In this document: positions 1 to 15,100 of the stretch, one piece after another
Position numbering within the stretch: the first letter of the stretch is position 1
How the letters are laid out: every line of letters starts with the position of its first letter
Origin: Sphaeroforma arctica JP610
Lineage: Eukaryota
Assembly: GCF_001186125.1 (NCBI RefSeq)
Contig: NW_014040437.1
Coordinates: forward strand, 22,274 to 69,762
Length of the DNA stretch: 47,489 bases
Direction of reading: 5' to 3'
Notes under the pieces: generated by a model
What the model was told of the DNA's origin: nothing
The model's input: the letters and a program-made list of their open reading frames with translations, nothing else
Databases searched by the model: none
Translations under genes and position numbers: made by a program

Positions 1-36
<36 letters not shown>
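1..36. repeat. (TA)n microsatellite
   Basis: Seen directly. Confidence 0.95.
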
Positions 37-37
<1 letters not shown>

Positions 38-130
38 TATATATGTTTTTATTTTTATATTTATCTACAATATATATCTATATATATTAATACACTTGAA
101 TTTCTTACACGAATAACCCCGCCGTCATAG

Positions 131-3100
131 GTCGGACGTCCGCGTCAAAGCCATCCTCTGCCGTCCGCGCGAAATGATTGGAGGATGCTGTCCGTTGGCG
201 CGCGCTCACAAGATCCCCTGGAAAGTGCGTCTACAGGAGGCGATACACGGGGCTCTGCTTTCGGTGGCGCAAAGCAGTACGGCTCCAAGCCGACAGGTGA
301 GTGGTATGAATAATTGGACATGCCACAATGGCTTGCTTTAGTGCATGATTTATCTCGTATGAGAGTTGTGGTAGGGCTCGTGGTTCTGGGGCGAGTACTA
401 TATATTACTTATATAGTAGCAGATGACAAGTGGGATACCGATAGGTTCTCGGCAGCTTAGCTTGTGGCCCCTGTGATGGCGCACTCAGAATGGCACGGAT
501 ATATGATATATATATTTTTTTCGGTTCAACCCCGTCGATAACAAACACATATGCTGTTGTGTGTGCCTTGTGTTCGTATCTACAGACGCGATAAACGATT
601 TCGTGGCAGTCTGTTCAGTGCCTCTCCCCGTTCTCGGCTCCGTCTATATTGTTTCACTACCCCTATGTAATAGCTTCTGTTAGCGTGTGCATCCTACTAT
701 TGTAGTGCGATCCGCAATATATCAAGTGATACATATGCAAACAGAAAAGTATGTTTATCGAAGGGTTCATTACACTTTCAAACGAGCCTGAGCCAGTAGA
801 CGTTGTTGTACGTTGACGTGCCTATGTGTATGTTTATTCACATTGTTGTTGCCCTGGCTTACCCCATATTCAGGGCCTTATGGAGGTATGGGCTCTGGGA
901 TGATGAGTGGCAGACGACCAGACTTCCCGGCGTTGGGTGAGCCGGAAAGTGACGCATTCTTGCAATCACGAGACGGTGTGGGTAGGAGTGCAAGTGCTAG
1001 TGGCCAGTATTACTCGCAACCGCAACAAGCGGTACGTTTGAGCCACAATAGAGTGAACTTATTAAGAGCTGATCAGGTTAAAGTAAACAGTGGGGCTGTT
1101 TTCATGACTGTGTTTGTTCCCTGCGGGTGACGTATTGTGTCTGAATGCTTATGATGTGAACGAGATGTATCTGATTGACTAGACTCGAGGTATTCTGGGT
1201 GTGGTACGTGCACTCGTCATTAGTGTTTTGTGCTGCTATTGCAAATTGTGGGACTTTCAGTTATATGCCTTCTCCCTGCCATGCGACATAGTATACCGTG
1301 TGCTGAAAGTTATGTGACAAACCCTAATATCGACTCCCAGGGAGGAAGGACTGCCAGTCAATCGCTTTTACGGCGTCACGCAGGAGATTCCAATGGCAAC
1401 ATGAACTACACCCAAAGAGACAGGGAATGGGACCGGTACTCGCCCCAGACGCAAGGTGTACGACGGGGAACAAGCCCATACAATACCCACTCACAACCGC
1501 ACTCACGCCCTCCATCGTCCAACTCTGTGGCCAATATCTCGTCGCTTGCACACACGGCGAATGAAGAGTTGCTTAGAGAGATTGAGCAAGACTTGCAGGA
1601 GGACAAGAAGGAACAAAGTACCTGGGCCGTGGACGGAGAGATGGACTTTGCGGATCAAGATCTGCTGAAGAATCTGCTGCATATCAGAGGGGCCACAGAT
1701 GTGAGCGAGCGGTAAGCAGTACTGTTGGTCGGTGTTGGAGAGTGCACTAGTCGGGACCTATATATATGCGAATATCTTGGTATTTGAATATTCATCACAT
1801 GTTCCATCTTGCCAGATCAATACTTAGTATACTACTGTCTGGGAAGTTTTCCTAAATCCGGACAATGTATTTTTATTTAGAAATGCTGTTCGTACGCATC
1901 TTAATCATGGGATGTGAATCTCGCCCCCTGTGCACAGTTCTTTTTCATTATATATATACCTGTGTCCGTGTCTGTGTCTGTTTCTGTGTCTGTGTCTGTG
2001 TCTGTTTCCGTTTCTGTGTTTGTTTCTGTGCCGTTTCTGTGTTGTGTTTGTGTGTGTGTGTGTGTGTATGTGTGTGTATCATGTGTATATACGTATACAT
2101 ATCAGCTCTTATATATATATATATATTATTTTCAAAAGGCAGACAAGTGTAGAAATTTGAACATCATTTCAGAGGTGGTCGTGTCGACAAATATCTCGCT
2201 CACAAGCAAGGTCAGGTTCAACAGTAGTATCACTTCATGGGCTCTACTACAACTGTTCGTCCTTGTGCTCACCACCATCGCCCACTACTCTCGCACTACA
2301 CTACAGAACGGAGACCACCGAGAGTGCTGGCGACAAAGCCGATGACACTACAGAAGAAGAACATCAACCCGCTTTTACCGCGCCTGATGTACTGGACAGG
2401 GACGTAGAGGGCAGTGAGTCACCCGACGAGCCGACACCGGCAAACGATAACAAGGAGAGTCCCAGCACAGACAGGAAAGACGACGCTGAGAGCAAGCCTG
2501 TCATGCCCGCACTTCTGAAGAGATGTACACCTGCGCCATCTTCACTGACTAAGATGGAGGTGCTGGGGCGACCTGCACAGGTGAATGATAGTGCGGAGGA
2601 CAGCGCGGCTGCGGGTGAAGCGCCTGTGAGCCAATCCGAGCCGCTGGAGAGGTTGCCGTTCGTCAGTAGAGCCGCTGTAGGTGGTGGGGGTATGTATGTA
2701 TGCATGCATGCTTGTTGACAATTCCATGTGGCATACCGGTGTGTGGCTTGTGCTGTGTTGGCTTGCTGTATCTCGTGCGATTCCTAGTCATATCTGTACG
2801 CATCGGCGCTTTGCACACTCAGCTGCAAGTGACACAGATGCTGACACCTTGCCTCCCCCGTGTCCATACAGGCATCGTGACTGGTGGGAACGCAGTGTTG
2901 GGCAATTTGGGCGCCCCAGTACATGCGCCTGTGGTGCAGCAAGCGCCTGCGCCAAAGCCCGCGCCTGTACCCGCATGGAGTAAGAAAACGACTATCCAGG
3001 TATGTGTAGGGAGTACCGTGTATCGTACCATCCCGACGCCAAAGCATGTGCGACATCGTTCATAAGCGTTAAACGTTTAATAGCAGATTGTAGACGGCGA

Positions 3101-6100
3101 CGTGAGTGTATTCGGAATCAGAAGTTTATCGAGGTATGTCTCTCTACCCCATACTTATCGCACGCCATGCCTACAGCCGATTAGTTTGAAACAGCTAGAA
3201 GAGGAGGCCAGGGCAGAGGCTGCCCGCAGAAACACCATGGTGGGATACAATCACATGCACAGCCAGAGGAATGCCGACGTCCGTTTGACTGAGAACCGTA
3301 ATGCCGACATCCGAAAACACGCCCCTCCCGCCGGCTGGGCGCCCGTTGTACTGCCGTCTGAGCGTGCCGCTGCTGCTGCCGAAGAGGTATGGGGATGGGT
3401 TTATTAAGTTCAGTTTCGTTGCTCGACCCACTTGCGCTTAGGCACCAAGTCATGTGGGCTGTTAGCCTATGCATTGGTTGATCGTAGTGCAGCCCGATTG
3501 CCGCTCTCTTCGAAAGCAGTACCACACCGCAGAGATATCCCTAAGCCATAACCACCCACCCTTCACCTCCCCCTATTCACAACCACGTACACAGAAACGC
3601 CAGGCCGCCCAGGCTGCGAAGGCTGAGAAGGCTGCGGAGGCTGAGAAGGCTGCGGAGGCTGTGGAGGCTGCGAAGGCTGTGGAGGCTGCGAAGGCTGTGG
3701 AGGCTGCGAAGGCTGTGGAGGCTGCGAAGGCCGTCCAGGAAGCGAGTGACGCCGCCTCTAAGGCCAAAGACACACTGGCAGTGAGTGCAGCAGATGAGCC
3801 GCGTTCAGTAAGCCCTTCCTCGGCATCCACTGACGATCGGGTGCCGTCACCCGCACGACCGCACCTGGACTGGGCCGAGGCTGTGGAGGAAGAGGTGGCG
3901 GAGAAGCAAGCCAGAGTGATCACTGCACAGCAGGAGGCGGAGTATGCGGTGTGTGGTGTGGCTCAGCTATTGTTGTCTGGTGTTGGTACACGTTTTCATT
4001 TACATTAATGCCCCTATGTCGGACCTTGTTTGTGTTTGTGTACCGTGTTTCGACCCTGCCTGTCGCTAGCCATGAGTGTGTTGAGGCAACTGATATATTT
4101 TGTGTGTGTACATGGTTTCGTTTGCTGAAACGGATGTACCGAGACTCATAATCCGATGCTATTTGAAAACAGGCGAACCTTGAGCAGGAGCAAGCAAAGA
4201 TCATGCACGAGTCCAACATGCGCGCACGCCAGCGCAAACAAGAGAACGAGGCAGCGGCAGAGGCCGCTAGGAAGGCACGCGCCGCCGCAAAGCTACTGGT
4301 AAGTCAGTTGTCACCAGAAGCCTGTACATAAAACCCATATGTGTATATATAAGCCTGTTCGGAAAACCCAGATGTGTATATATAACATGTGTGTGTGTGT
4401 GTGTGTATAACATGTGTGTGTCTGTGTAGATATCGTGTGTATACATTAAACACTCGACAAGTGTATGCACAAGAAGAAGCCGTGCTTCTTGCTATATGGG
4501 TATATTTTGGGCGATGGACCAGCTGCGTGCGTGTCATCGCGTGCTAGTGCGTTCTTGAAACTGGCACGCATGTAGTCGGTAGTGAGCATTTTGTTTTTCG
4601 TGGTCACGAGCGTTGTCAAGGTTATTGTAAGAATGTGTACTCTCCTATCAAACGCACCAGGTGGTATTATATTTAGCAGGCCATTGTGGGTAACGGAACG
4701 TCGTTGGTGCGCTAAAAGTTTATTCTTAACATTGATTTCGATCGGTTGCACTTTGTGCTGTCTATCTACTACTTCACGGACACCTGGAAATCAAGAGCCT
4801 GTGGCATATCTGTGGATTAATATCACGGCAGGCAATTCTATCACAGACAGGCTACCACTTCGCTGTACTGACACACCGACTAATCTTTGCGGTTTGTCCG
4901 TGACACTAAAAGTATGCTGTTTAAACGACCGGCCCACTCATTCGCTGTGTTTATGTTTGCTTTGTGTCGCTTCAGGAACTAGAAAAAGCAGCGCAAGCAG
5001 AAGAAGATGCCAAGAACGCCGCCGTTTCAGCCGCAGCGCAAGATGCACAGAAGCACGACACACGAACACATGGCAATGCTTACACACACACGAACACGCA
5101 CAAACACGCAGATGGATCTCAGGCAGCCCCGACACGCACACGCACATACTCGCAATCGACTGCAACCAATGTGACCGTTGGTCCCTCGCGCGATATTGAT
5201 AGCCTAGGGAGCTGGCGAAATAGTATGGTTACTAAGCAACAGGCGTCGGAGGAGTACAATCACGGGTACACACCCGGGCCTGCGAACAAGGACATGAAGG
5301 TTTCGCGCATACATCAGCGACCACAGGAGGGTGCTGGACTTATCGGAAACGGCCCGGCTGCACAGGGTGAACAGCGTGCGTCCGAGAATGCGTATGCGGA
5401 GAGGCAGGGAGAGGCACAGGCATCTCCTGCACACCCACACCCACACGCGATGGGTCAACGCCAGTCTATGCCGTTGTATGGGCGCGGTGCATATGCGCCA
5501 GGCCCGAAACACCAACAGCACCAGCACCAGCACCAGCAACACCAGCAACAGCAGCAACAGGGACAGTATGCACCCCAGAACTCGCAGACGTATGCCGGCC
5601 GTATGTCGCAAGCCCAGGCGCAGACTCATCAGCGTGCAAGTGCACCCCCGCAACAGTACCACATCATGCACAGGCCGACCCCCTCGCCAGAGACGCAGGA
5701 GAGAGAGGCAGCGAGGAATGGGCACGCGGCCTCCCGCCATAGCAATAGCGATAACACGGCATCACAGGCTCAGGCTCGGAATGCGGATGGGGAGGCGAGT
5801 AGACCTCCAGTCTTGCTGAGGCACGAGTCAGTGGTACGTACAGGATGATATTGTGCTGCCATTCTTTGTGTCGCTTAGTCAATGGGACGTACATGATGAT
5901 ACTGTGCAGCCATTCTTCGTGTCGCTTAGTCCTGGTTTGGGATGATTTGAATGTTCCGTATTGGTAAAGGCCTGTACGTGCACCCTGCAGACTGTCGGCT
6001 GGGACCACTGACCTATGGGTCAGAAAATGTGTCTCTTGTATGTATGCTGCAGCCTGTTGAATGGATTTATTTTGATCAGTGTAAAGGCTATGTTTCACAT

Positions 6101-9100
6101 TCCGTAGTCTCACTTTTATTTCAATCCTTATATCACGAACAGCCCGGTGGAAAGGACGCGGCCAATGGAGAGGGTTCAGCTGGCAATGCGGCGGTGGCCA
6201 CTACCAGTATGTGTTTTAAAACGTGTAAGCGTTTCTTATCACTCACGCCTGTTGGGGTGTCGAGTGCCTCTCTGCATAAAATTCGTCTGTCGGTGCATAC
6301 CAACCTTCCCCGTTCACATGCCCGCTCCTTCGTAGTACCTCCGGAATAGTACGCTGGGTTGGTGAATGTCGGCGCCTGTGTGTATATTCTTTATCTCCAG
6401 AAAACTCATATTAGTAGGAGGAAATCTCTTGGTGACGTGTGTGATATATTGAGGTGAGGTATGAGGGTATATGACAGAGCCCTCTGTGGGAGTATGTACT
6501 GAGCATGCAGATCTACCTTGACTTACCGTCATTGGATATATATGACAGCTCGACGTGTTAGGTCCACATGCTACAAATCCTCATTTGCTCATGGAAGGCA
6601 CGAACGCCAATGCGACTGAGTACGTCGTTGATGTACAGTTCTCTCTGTACGTGCCTATATTTACGTTTGTAATTCCATCTTAGAAGCAAAAGGTACTTAC
6701 CTTCGCGCTACAACTTACTCTTCAACCTATACAGAGCCCGGACAGTACACGCAGACGGGTATGTCTAATCGAGAGGCACAGCGCTTGCAGAAGCAGCAGC
6801 AGAGAGAGGCACGCCTACAGGCCCGGCAACAGAAGAATATTGAGATTGAGAAGAAGCTTCTTGCGCAGCAACAAGACCAATTAGCGCAGCACAAACGACT
6901 GCTGACTGCTCAGGCCAAGTTGCAGAGGGCTCTGGAGAATCTGGAAAGCTATGTGCGCAAGCCCATCATCTTCGTGGACGCGGCTCCTGAAGAGGTAGGC
7001 GTGACGATCAGTAGAAAGACGGGTGGATCCCGCCCGCTTAGTTCGCACGCATTGTATATACGCTCTCGATAGGTTGCTAGAATGTCAAGCCGAGAGATGT
7101 GTTGCTATATCGTGGCTGCTGTGCCTATCACCCACTCCAGCCACCGGTCCACGTGAAATGGATACGCCTCGCTCACTTCGAACCCATGTCTTCTTGTGTA
7201 TTCGCAGTCGGTTACGGATCAAGAGAAGCCGCGCCAAGTACTATTCCGCATGCCACCGGCAAAGTCGTTCGTTGCCGATCTACTGTCGAGTGCGGTTAAC
7301 ACGGACGCAGTTGTCGCGCGCGCTGAAACGGGCACGCCTACGCCCGTGGTTGTGCCCGTTGCAAAAGTAGTGTAGTAGGTTCTGCTTTGTATTGTCTGCG
7401 TATACTCGCTGTGTGATATCTTTTGATGGGTCTAGATGTTGCTTGTTTTTGAATTAGTTGGTGTCTCCTGGTTGATTATGATCATTTTAATGCTGTTTTC
7501 AAAGTCAATGCTGTGGCGGGGAATCTGAATATAGTGTTATTGGCTTTTTGGTGTATGATATATGTTGTACTGACGTTGGTTGTATTGGTTGTTTTGAGAT
7601 GTGAGCCAGTTCGAGATCTGCACCACAAACGGCTTAGTGCTCATCTGACCTAGTTAGTGCGTTGTACACGCATACTTTATCATACTGCTTGTTGTGTCCC
7701 TGTATTTGTGTGCGGAATATTATGTTACAATATGTGAATCTTCCTCATAAACCGTTTCTTATGGGAGTTGGGCCTTGCTTGCGAATTGCTCGAGCGGCCT
7801 CATTGACGAACGCACTGCCGGTACTTCTGTTTGGAGGAGCAGCCTCCAAAGTATCTTGCCTTCTCCACCCACATGCATTTGCTCACAATGAGAAACCTCT
7901 GGTTTTTTAACTGACACGTCCCAGTATCCATTCATACCCACTTCTCAGACCAAAGCCGTGTCCGCCGCTCCGCCGGTCACTGATACCGCTGAGAGTATCG
8001 CAGCGCATGCAAGTGGTTCAGAGAGTGAAGGGGAGGGGGGTAGTGCGCAGGCGCCCGCACACTCGCCATTGGTGGCAGGAGTTGTTCTGATTGGTCACGA
8101 GGGCCAGACCGGCATTGACTATGGCGATGGCGAGGATGGCGGTGCCTTCACAGAGGTGGTGTCGAAATCCAAGCTAAAGAAGGAGAAGAAAGAGGTGTGT
8201 TGTATTGCATAACCTTTCCTCCTTTCTTATTCACCCGTACGCAAGCACGCTGCCTCCGCTCATGATAACAGTGTGACGTGTATTAGCTATTGATTATGTA
8301 TCGCTACTTAGTGGGGGCTGCACAGGCACCTGGTGTGGGTTGTGGGAACGTGCATGTGTTGGTGGTACATTCGTAATTTATTTTTCTGTGTGCGCCTCGT
8401 GCGTAGGTCCTGCCGCATAGGACACCACGTGTTTATTCGCACTGGAGCCTCTGGTTGGGATTAGTCAAATAATTATATGCAACTGAACTGTAGCTCCTAG
8501 CATCAATTGTCATCTTGTCACATCCGTTGTCTGCTGTATATACGTTTCCCTCATCCACCCCACTTATTCATACACAGGAGAAAGAGAACACAATCAAGAA
8601 ACGGGACTCACAGAACGTTGTATCTCGCAGCAACTCTCTCTCCACCGGTCACGCTAACAACGAACCCAGCCGAATCGCCAATGCCTCTCATACTATCCAG
8701 GCACATGCCAGACGGAGTGGCAGGGATAGCCCTGCCTCCTTGTTGCCAACTGTATTGGCCCCAACGACATCATCTGCGGCGTCTGCGCCGCTGCAGTTCA
8801 CAGTGCGCCTCCGAATGCCGGGCATGAAGCACGCGGTCACAAACAGACAGCCCGTGGACAAAGCGGGGCCGAATGCGGGACGGGTGTCCACCCCAACGCC
8901 CACGGAATCGCATGAGAGCCTCGACAAGAGGCCCAGTAAGGGTGGCAGTGAGAGGCAGTACATCACAAAACAACACAACAGCGGCGCGCATACACAGGTG
9001 GCCGCGGCAAGCTCCAGCTCGCCTGTGAACTCGCCACCCACACGCAGGTCGGTACATACATCGGTGGCTACGGGGAATGCGCGACAGCAGCAACAGACAC

Positions 9101-12100
9101 ACGCCCAACAGGCTCAGGCCCAAGCCCAGGCGCACGCCCAGGCCTATGCACAGCAGGCTCAATCGCTGTCACAGCCACGGCCGAACTCCAGCAACAGTGC
9201 CACACCGAGGCAACCGCCTATCAATGCGAACGCTTGGGCACAACCCCTGCGGCTGCTGACGCCCTCGCCCACGCCCACGAGTGTGTCTGCTACGCCCAAT
9301 CGTGGAATAAATGTGAGCGGTGCTGCGACTGATGTGGGGTCTGCTGCCGGTGACAAAGGCGTCAGTGCAGTGACCGATGCTGACAAGCTCGTGCAATCGC
9401 AGGCACGGGCTGGCACGCATTCGCAGCCACAGGTGACTGCGCATGGCCCCCCCGTGCAGACGTCTGGAGCGCGCATGTCGAGGAAGGAGAGCAAGACACT
9501 GGCTGCGCTGGAAGCACGGGCTGGCAAGCCTACCACCCAAGAACCCACAAGAGACACCCACCGTTCACCCCCAGCAACACATCAGCAGCAGCAACACAGA
9601 GACAATCACGCGGCAATGCTCAGTGGCAGCTCGAGAATCTACGCCAACCTTAGCGACAGCCAACACTCGCACAGAAACACGCCAACAGCCGCTGATACTC
9701 AGCAGGTCCGTCTCGACGCTGACGGCGCGGGCAAGCACCACAACAGCGTACCTACAACGCCGCGCTCAAGTACGCGTACACCCCGCGCGCAACAACAGCG
9801 AAGTGGTGACTCGACGAATATAATGCTCTCTAGCCATGGCGTGGCGACCTCCACTATGATGGCCGCTAAGGCCGCGTGGGAGCGGGCGGATCTGTCAGAG
9901 TCTCGTTTTATGGGAGGTTTCAATAGCGGGATCGGCATGGGTATTGGGAGCATCGGCATAAGCCCAAGCCACAGCATAGCACAACAGAGCCCGAGTTTAC
10001 GACACGAAACAACCGGTACGATATCAAGAGTGAATGCATTTTATGGTTGCAGAATACTGATTTAGTTTTTGACTTTGGTTTTTGTGATTTTTTTCTATAC
10101 TCAATTCTTAGTCGATTTTTTCTATGCTCAATTCTTAGTCGATTAATACTACATGCTAGTTCCATTGTCCTAAATACTGGCTTATATACACGCGCCGACC
10201 TAATTTCATGGGTATACCTGAAGTACAATGTAGTATGTATTCTGAAATTGTTTATGTCTTCCCCTTCCCCCTCTCATCTTTGCTTTTCCGGTACATAGAG
10301 GAGGAGAAGCTATCCGAAGAGAGCGCGGCTACTGAACTGATGAATGCTACAATTCTGCGCTCACCGTCCATGCGAGCCCAGAATAAAACAGACGGAGCTG
10401 TACCTGCAATCGCAAATCGGGATAGGAATAACAAGACAAACCCAAAGTCAGCCGTGAGCACGAGAGCGAATCGTTTGAGTGTAGATGATGGCGGCACAGG
10501 TGCTCTGGAGTCAGGCAAAGGTATCGCAAAAGACAACAAGGGTAATGGAAGGAAAGACAGCAACGCAGGTACGAATGAGAAGCCGGCGGCCAACAAGAAG
10601 AAACCCGACCGAAACCGCAACAACAGTGTGTCGGAAGACCCCGCAAGCAAGGGTGCAGCGATTGTGAGGGGTGCTACTAAGAATAAAGACAGGAAAAGCG
10701 GCGACAACACCGCGCAAACACCAATTGTACGCGGGAAGGGGGAAGTAAAGGGGGACAAGGTCGGAAAGCCCAAGCCAGGCGCGCAGAACTCTACCACCAA
10801 TACCACCAGCGGGAATGGGGGTGCAAGCGTAAACGTGAAAGAGGGTAAAGGTCGGAACAAGAACACTAGAGCGTCCGCCGACGACGTGAAGAGCAAGCAC
10901 GCAGGCGACACAGCGCCAAGCGGCAAGGCCGGTATAGACAGTGACAAGCACACAGGTGCCCCGAGAGGCGCTGGTGCCTCGGGAAAGACTGGGGGATCTG
11001 CCGTTGCTGTTGTTATGGAAACGAACATAGTCGGTGAAGTCAAAAGTGTGAGTACGGAAGCGAAGGGCGACGATACAGGTGACGTTCCGGCAGCGATCCC
11101 TGCATTGGCTACGACACAATCGCCTGCTGCGGGAGACAAAGACGAGACATCATTGAAACAGGCGCAGCTACACGCGCAACAGCTGGCCTCGGAATCGATT
11201 GCGAGGCAACAACAACAACAACAATTACAGCACCAGTATCAACAGCATCAGTATGCATCGCAGCAACAGCAACATCAGGTGTACAGCGGCCAGCAGCAGC
11301 AACAACAGCGACCTGTCTTGGAACCTTACAGCCCTACTGGTGGTTCTTCTCCGTATGGGAACGTCTTCATGCCGTTTATGTACCAACCGTTTGTTAGTCA
11401 GTACGGGCTGAACAACTACTCGCATCAGCACCACCAACAAATGCACAGCAATGTGAATGTCCATGGACATCCCTTGCAACACAGTGGGCAGGTACACACG
11501 CTCGATGCACACGCGCACCCAAGCTTGGGTCTGGGCCTGGGGCCTAGCGGGTATGTGAGTGTCAACAATACAATAAATTCACAAGTGCAAGGGATGCCCA
11601 CAGGCTTCACAACAACGACTGATGGCACTGCTGTGGTCGAGGGCTGGAGATCAACTGTCCCGGGCGAGTCTATAGGAGCTCAACCACATGCCAATACGGA
11701 CCTGAATGCACTCGGCGGAAACGTACAGCAACAGGTAGGTACAGCCGATGGCAAGGATGTCACTACTACTTTCGGGACGAAGAAATTTGCCAGGGGCCAC
11801 GCAAGTGTACTTGATCCCACCCAATTGGCTGGACGCCATGCACAGTTGGACTCACAGACCGTAAGCGATATCTCCTCAGCCGGAAATTCCGCACTGGCAG
11901 CCAATGACTCTAGTAGGCGGAAGGGTAAAGGAAAGAATAGTAAGTCCGCAAGTGCGAATGTTGCGGCGAAAGCAGAGAACGGTGCGACGGTGGCAGACAG
12001 CAGTCCGCGAAGTGCGGGTAATGTCATAGCTGTTGAGGGGGTCAGTGATGACCTTGGACAACAGGCTCTGTTGCTCATGCAGCAGCAGCACCAACAACAG

Positions 12101-15100
12101 CAACAGCTTTTGCTGCAAGCACGGCAAGCCCAAGCACATGCTCAGTATGGAGCGAGTGTTGGTCTGGGTGAGGGAGCCGATGTTTATAGGCAGCTACCGT
12201 CTCAAGTACAGCAACAGCAACAGCAGCAACAACCAACTTATGGGTTGGGCTGGCAGCAGCAGATGGAGTTTGCCCGTCAGTTACAGGCACAGCAGAGTAT
12301 GGCGCACTCCTGGGCCCAGCAACAGGCGCAGGTGCGAGCACAAGCCTTGGCACAGCACCAACACCAACTGCAGCAGCAGCAAAGGGGTTCCACAGACGTG
12401 GACAGTGTCTCCGCAAACGAGAGTGTGGCCCCGGGTCGCATCTCTCCTGCGATAGCCCCGGGTGCGAATGCCAATACCGCGCTGCCTGCAACAGAAGTCA
12501 ATAGTGCTGCCAGCAGAGCCATCCCCATCTCGGGGTCAGATGCACGGTTGGTAATGAATAGCTCCAGAAACATGCACGGGGTATCCGGCGCTGTGGACAT
12601 GATGAGTGCAGGTAAGCATGCACGCGATGTCCCTGGTTCCGCCATCTCTATGGCGGCGTATGTAAACGCTGCACCCTTCTCCCCATCGTTGACTACCGGG
12701 TTTGGTGCGCCGGCTGTGCACCAGAATTCTGATACAGGTGCAGACCCCGACGCCGATCGTCAGGGACCTGTGCTAGGCGCAAACGGTGGCGGTAAGGATG
12801 GAGTTGTCGGTGGAGTTGGTATGAATGCGAATGCGCAGATGAAGAAGAACGCCAAGGGTGGTGGTATAGGCAGTGTAGATCCAACAAGCGCCGAAGCTGT
12901 GTCCGCTTTGTTGGCCCAGAGTCCCGCTGGTTTGAATGTAGGTGCGTCCATGTACCCTGGCAGTGCCACTGCGGCCAGTGGCGCTTTAGAACTGGAGGAT
13001 GGGACAAGGGGGGCCTCGCGTCAGCAGCAGCAGCAGCAACAGGATATGCAACAGCTGCAACGGAGAGAGCAACAGCAGCAGCAGAGTTATGCACGTGGAG
13101 GTGTGGGAACTGTGAATCCATATAGTCCACAGTCCAACACCACCAAGCAGCAGCAACAGCTACAGAATGCTGATAGGCATATAGCCACCCAACGTCAGCA
13201 GCAGCAGAAGGGTAGTCTGGGAGGGTATGATCGATATCACGATGAGTTTCATGGCGCTGGCATGGGTGCCAATCATGGTGCACAGATGACACACGCGAAG
13301 TCTGGGCATGGAGACGTATCTAAATCGTCGAATGGTGGTACACCACTGGTTGGTACTGCAGGTAGTAGAGCGGACGGACAGCAAACGGTGAAAAATGGCC
13401 TCAGCAATGCCACAACGGGCCAAAACTCGGCTGCTAAGGCCAATAGCTCGCCTACGAACGCAGAACTCACACACCAATTGCAGGTAGAAGCCTCGCAGCA
13501 ATATCAGATGCAACGGCAATTGACTGCATTGCAAAATCAGCATCAATACCAACGGGCGCAGTTGGAGATCCAACAACAGTCACCTAGTCTATCCACCTAT
13601 CAAGCTGGCTTCCAACAGGAGCAGCTGTTGCAACGGCAACAACAGGAGATTGATCAGATCAAATACACACAGTACACTCAGTTCAGACACCAGCAAGCCC
13701 AGGCACACGCCCAAGCAGTGGCCCAAGCCGAGGCACATGCTCAAGCACAGGGTATGGGTGGAGTCAGTACCTCTCCTCAACAAGCGCGTCAATTGCATCA
13801 GTCGCAGCAGCAACTGCAGAAACAGACGCAACAGCAAGCACAGACCCAACAACGCTCTCAGTTGCAACAATTGCAGCAACAGGGTCAGCAGGACTTCAAC
13901 GCTCGTCAGCGAGCAGAGGCCGCCAAGCAGCACCAGCAGCAACAGCAGCAGTACCAGCAGAATAAGATGCGATCGTTAGCCATGAGCGAGCAGGCCCAGG
14001 CACTGAATCTCACTCAAGGTCGTGCTGATGCGAAGGGCGATGCGGGATACAGCAACCAACGCGGTTCTAAAGAGGCAATCACCAAGTCGCAGCAGAGAGT
14101 CGTATCACAACGACCACAGCAGGAGATATACCAGGCGCCGCAACATCAGAACACACAAGCTCAGCTAGCTCACCAGCCGTTTCAGACGGCGCAATCGGAT
14201 TCGCGATCGAGCGGAAAGAAAGCCAATGCCGGGTCGCGTGCGGATGTGGCCGTTGCACCGAGAAGGGAGAGGGATGGCGACAAACCTAAGAATGCAACTC
14301 CTGCAGTTAAGGGTAAAAAGCAGTCGCACAAGCAAGAGGGCCATGCCAAGCAATTTGACAACGAGGACGATGGCAGCAGTAGCGGTGTCAACTCCAAAGA
14401 GAAGCCGCAGACGAAGCGTGGAGTGAATCTGAACAATGGAGCGGACACATCCGGTGCAACACCGAAACAGAAGGAGACTGAACAGGGTGACTCAAAGGAG
14501 AATGCAGGTGAACAGCAGCTTGGCTCCCAAAACAAGAAACCGTTACTGTCTGCCTCTGGTGAGACACTAACGCATGGAAACACTGGCAAGTCTGGTAGTG
14601 GTACTCAGCGAGCTGGAATTCCTCATACCAAAGCGTCTGGTCGGGGGAGTAAGACCCGTTCACGCGGTGGCATGAGTGATAGCAAGCGATCACAGGAAAA
14701 GAGCGCAGCTGCGTGCACCAACACGGGCGAAGATGAGGCTCTTAGTAAATCTGGTGCCGGGACTAAAGCAGCTGGCACCTCTATGGGTGGTGGATTCACA
14801 TCGAGAAAGGGTAGTAAGGGCTCGAACACCAATCGCAATAACAGGAGTACCGGAACTCCGGACTCTTCAAACGTGAGCATTTCAGATACCGGTGCTGCTA
14901 CACCTGCTGGCAGTAGTGCTAGTGCTTCGCAGAGGGAGAAGGGGCACCATGGTAACGCGAAACGACAGGCACGTAATTCAACACCCACACGCGGTGGGAA
15001 AACATCACGTGGCGGCGGCTCGAAACGGAATAGTACGACGAATTCGGAAGTTAAATCGTCTTCTACGGCAGATAGTACTCAAATGTCTACTGGCGAAGGC

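Noticed and set aside
8688..14988. Many minus-strand and alternate-frame ORFs over the large PRRC2-like exons
   Set aside because: Shadow ORFs of GC-rich, CAG-rich coding sequence.
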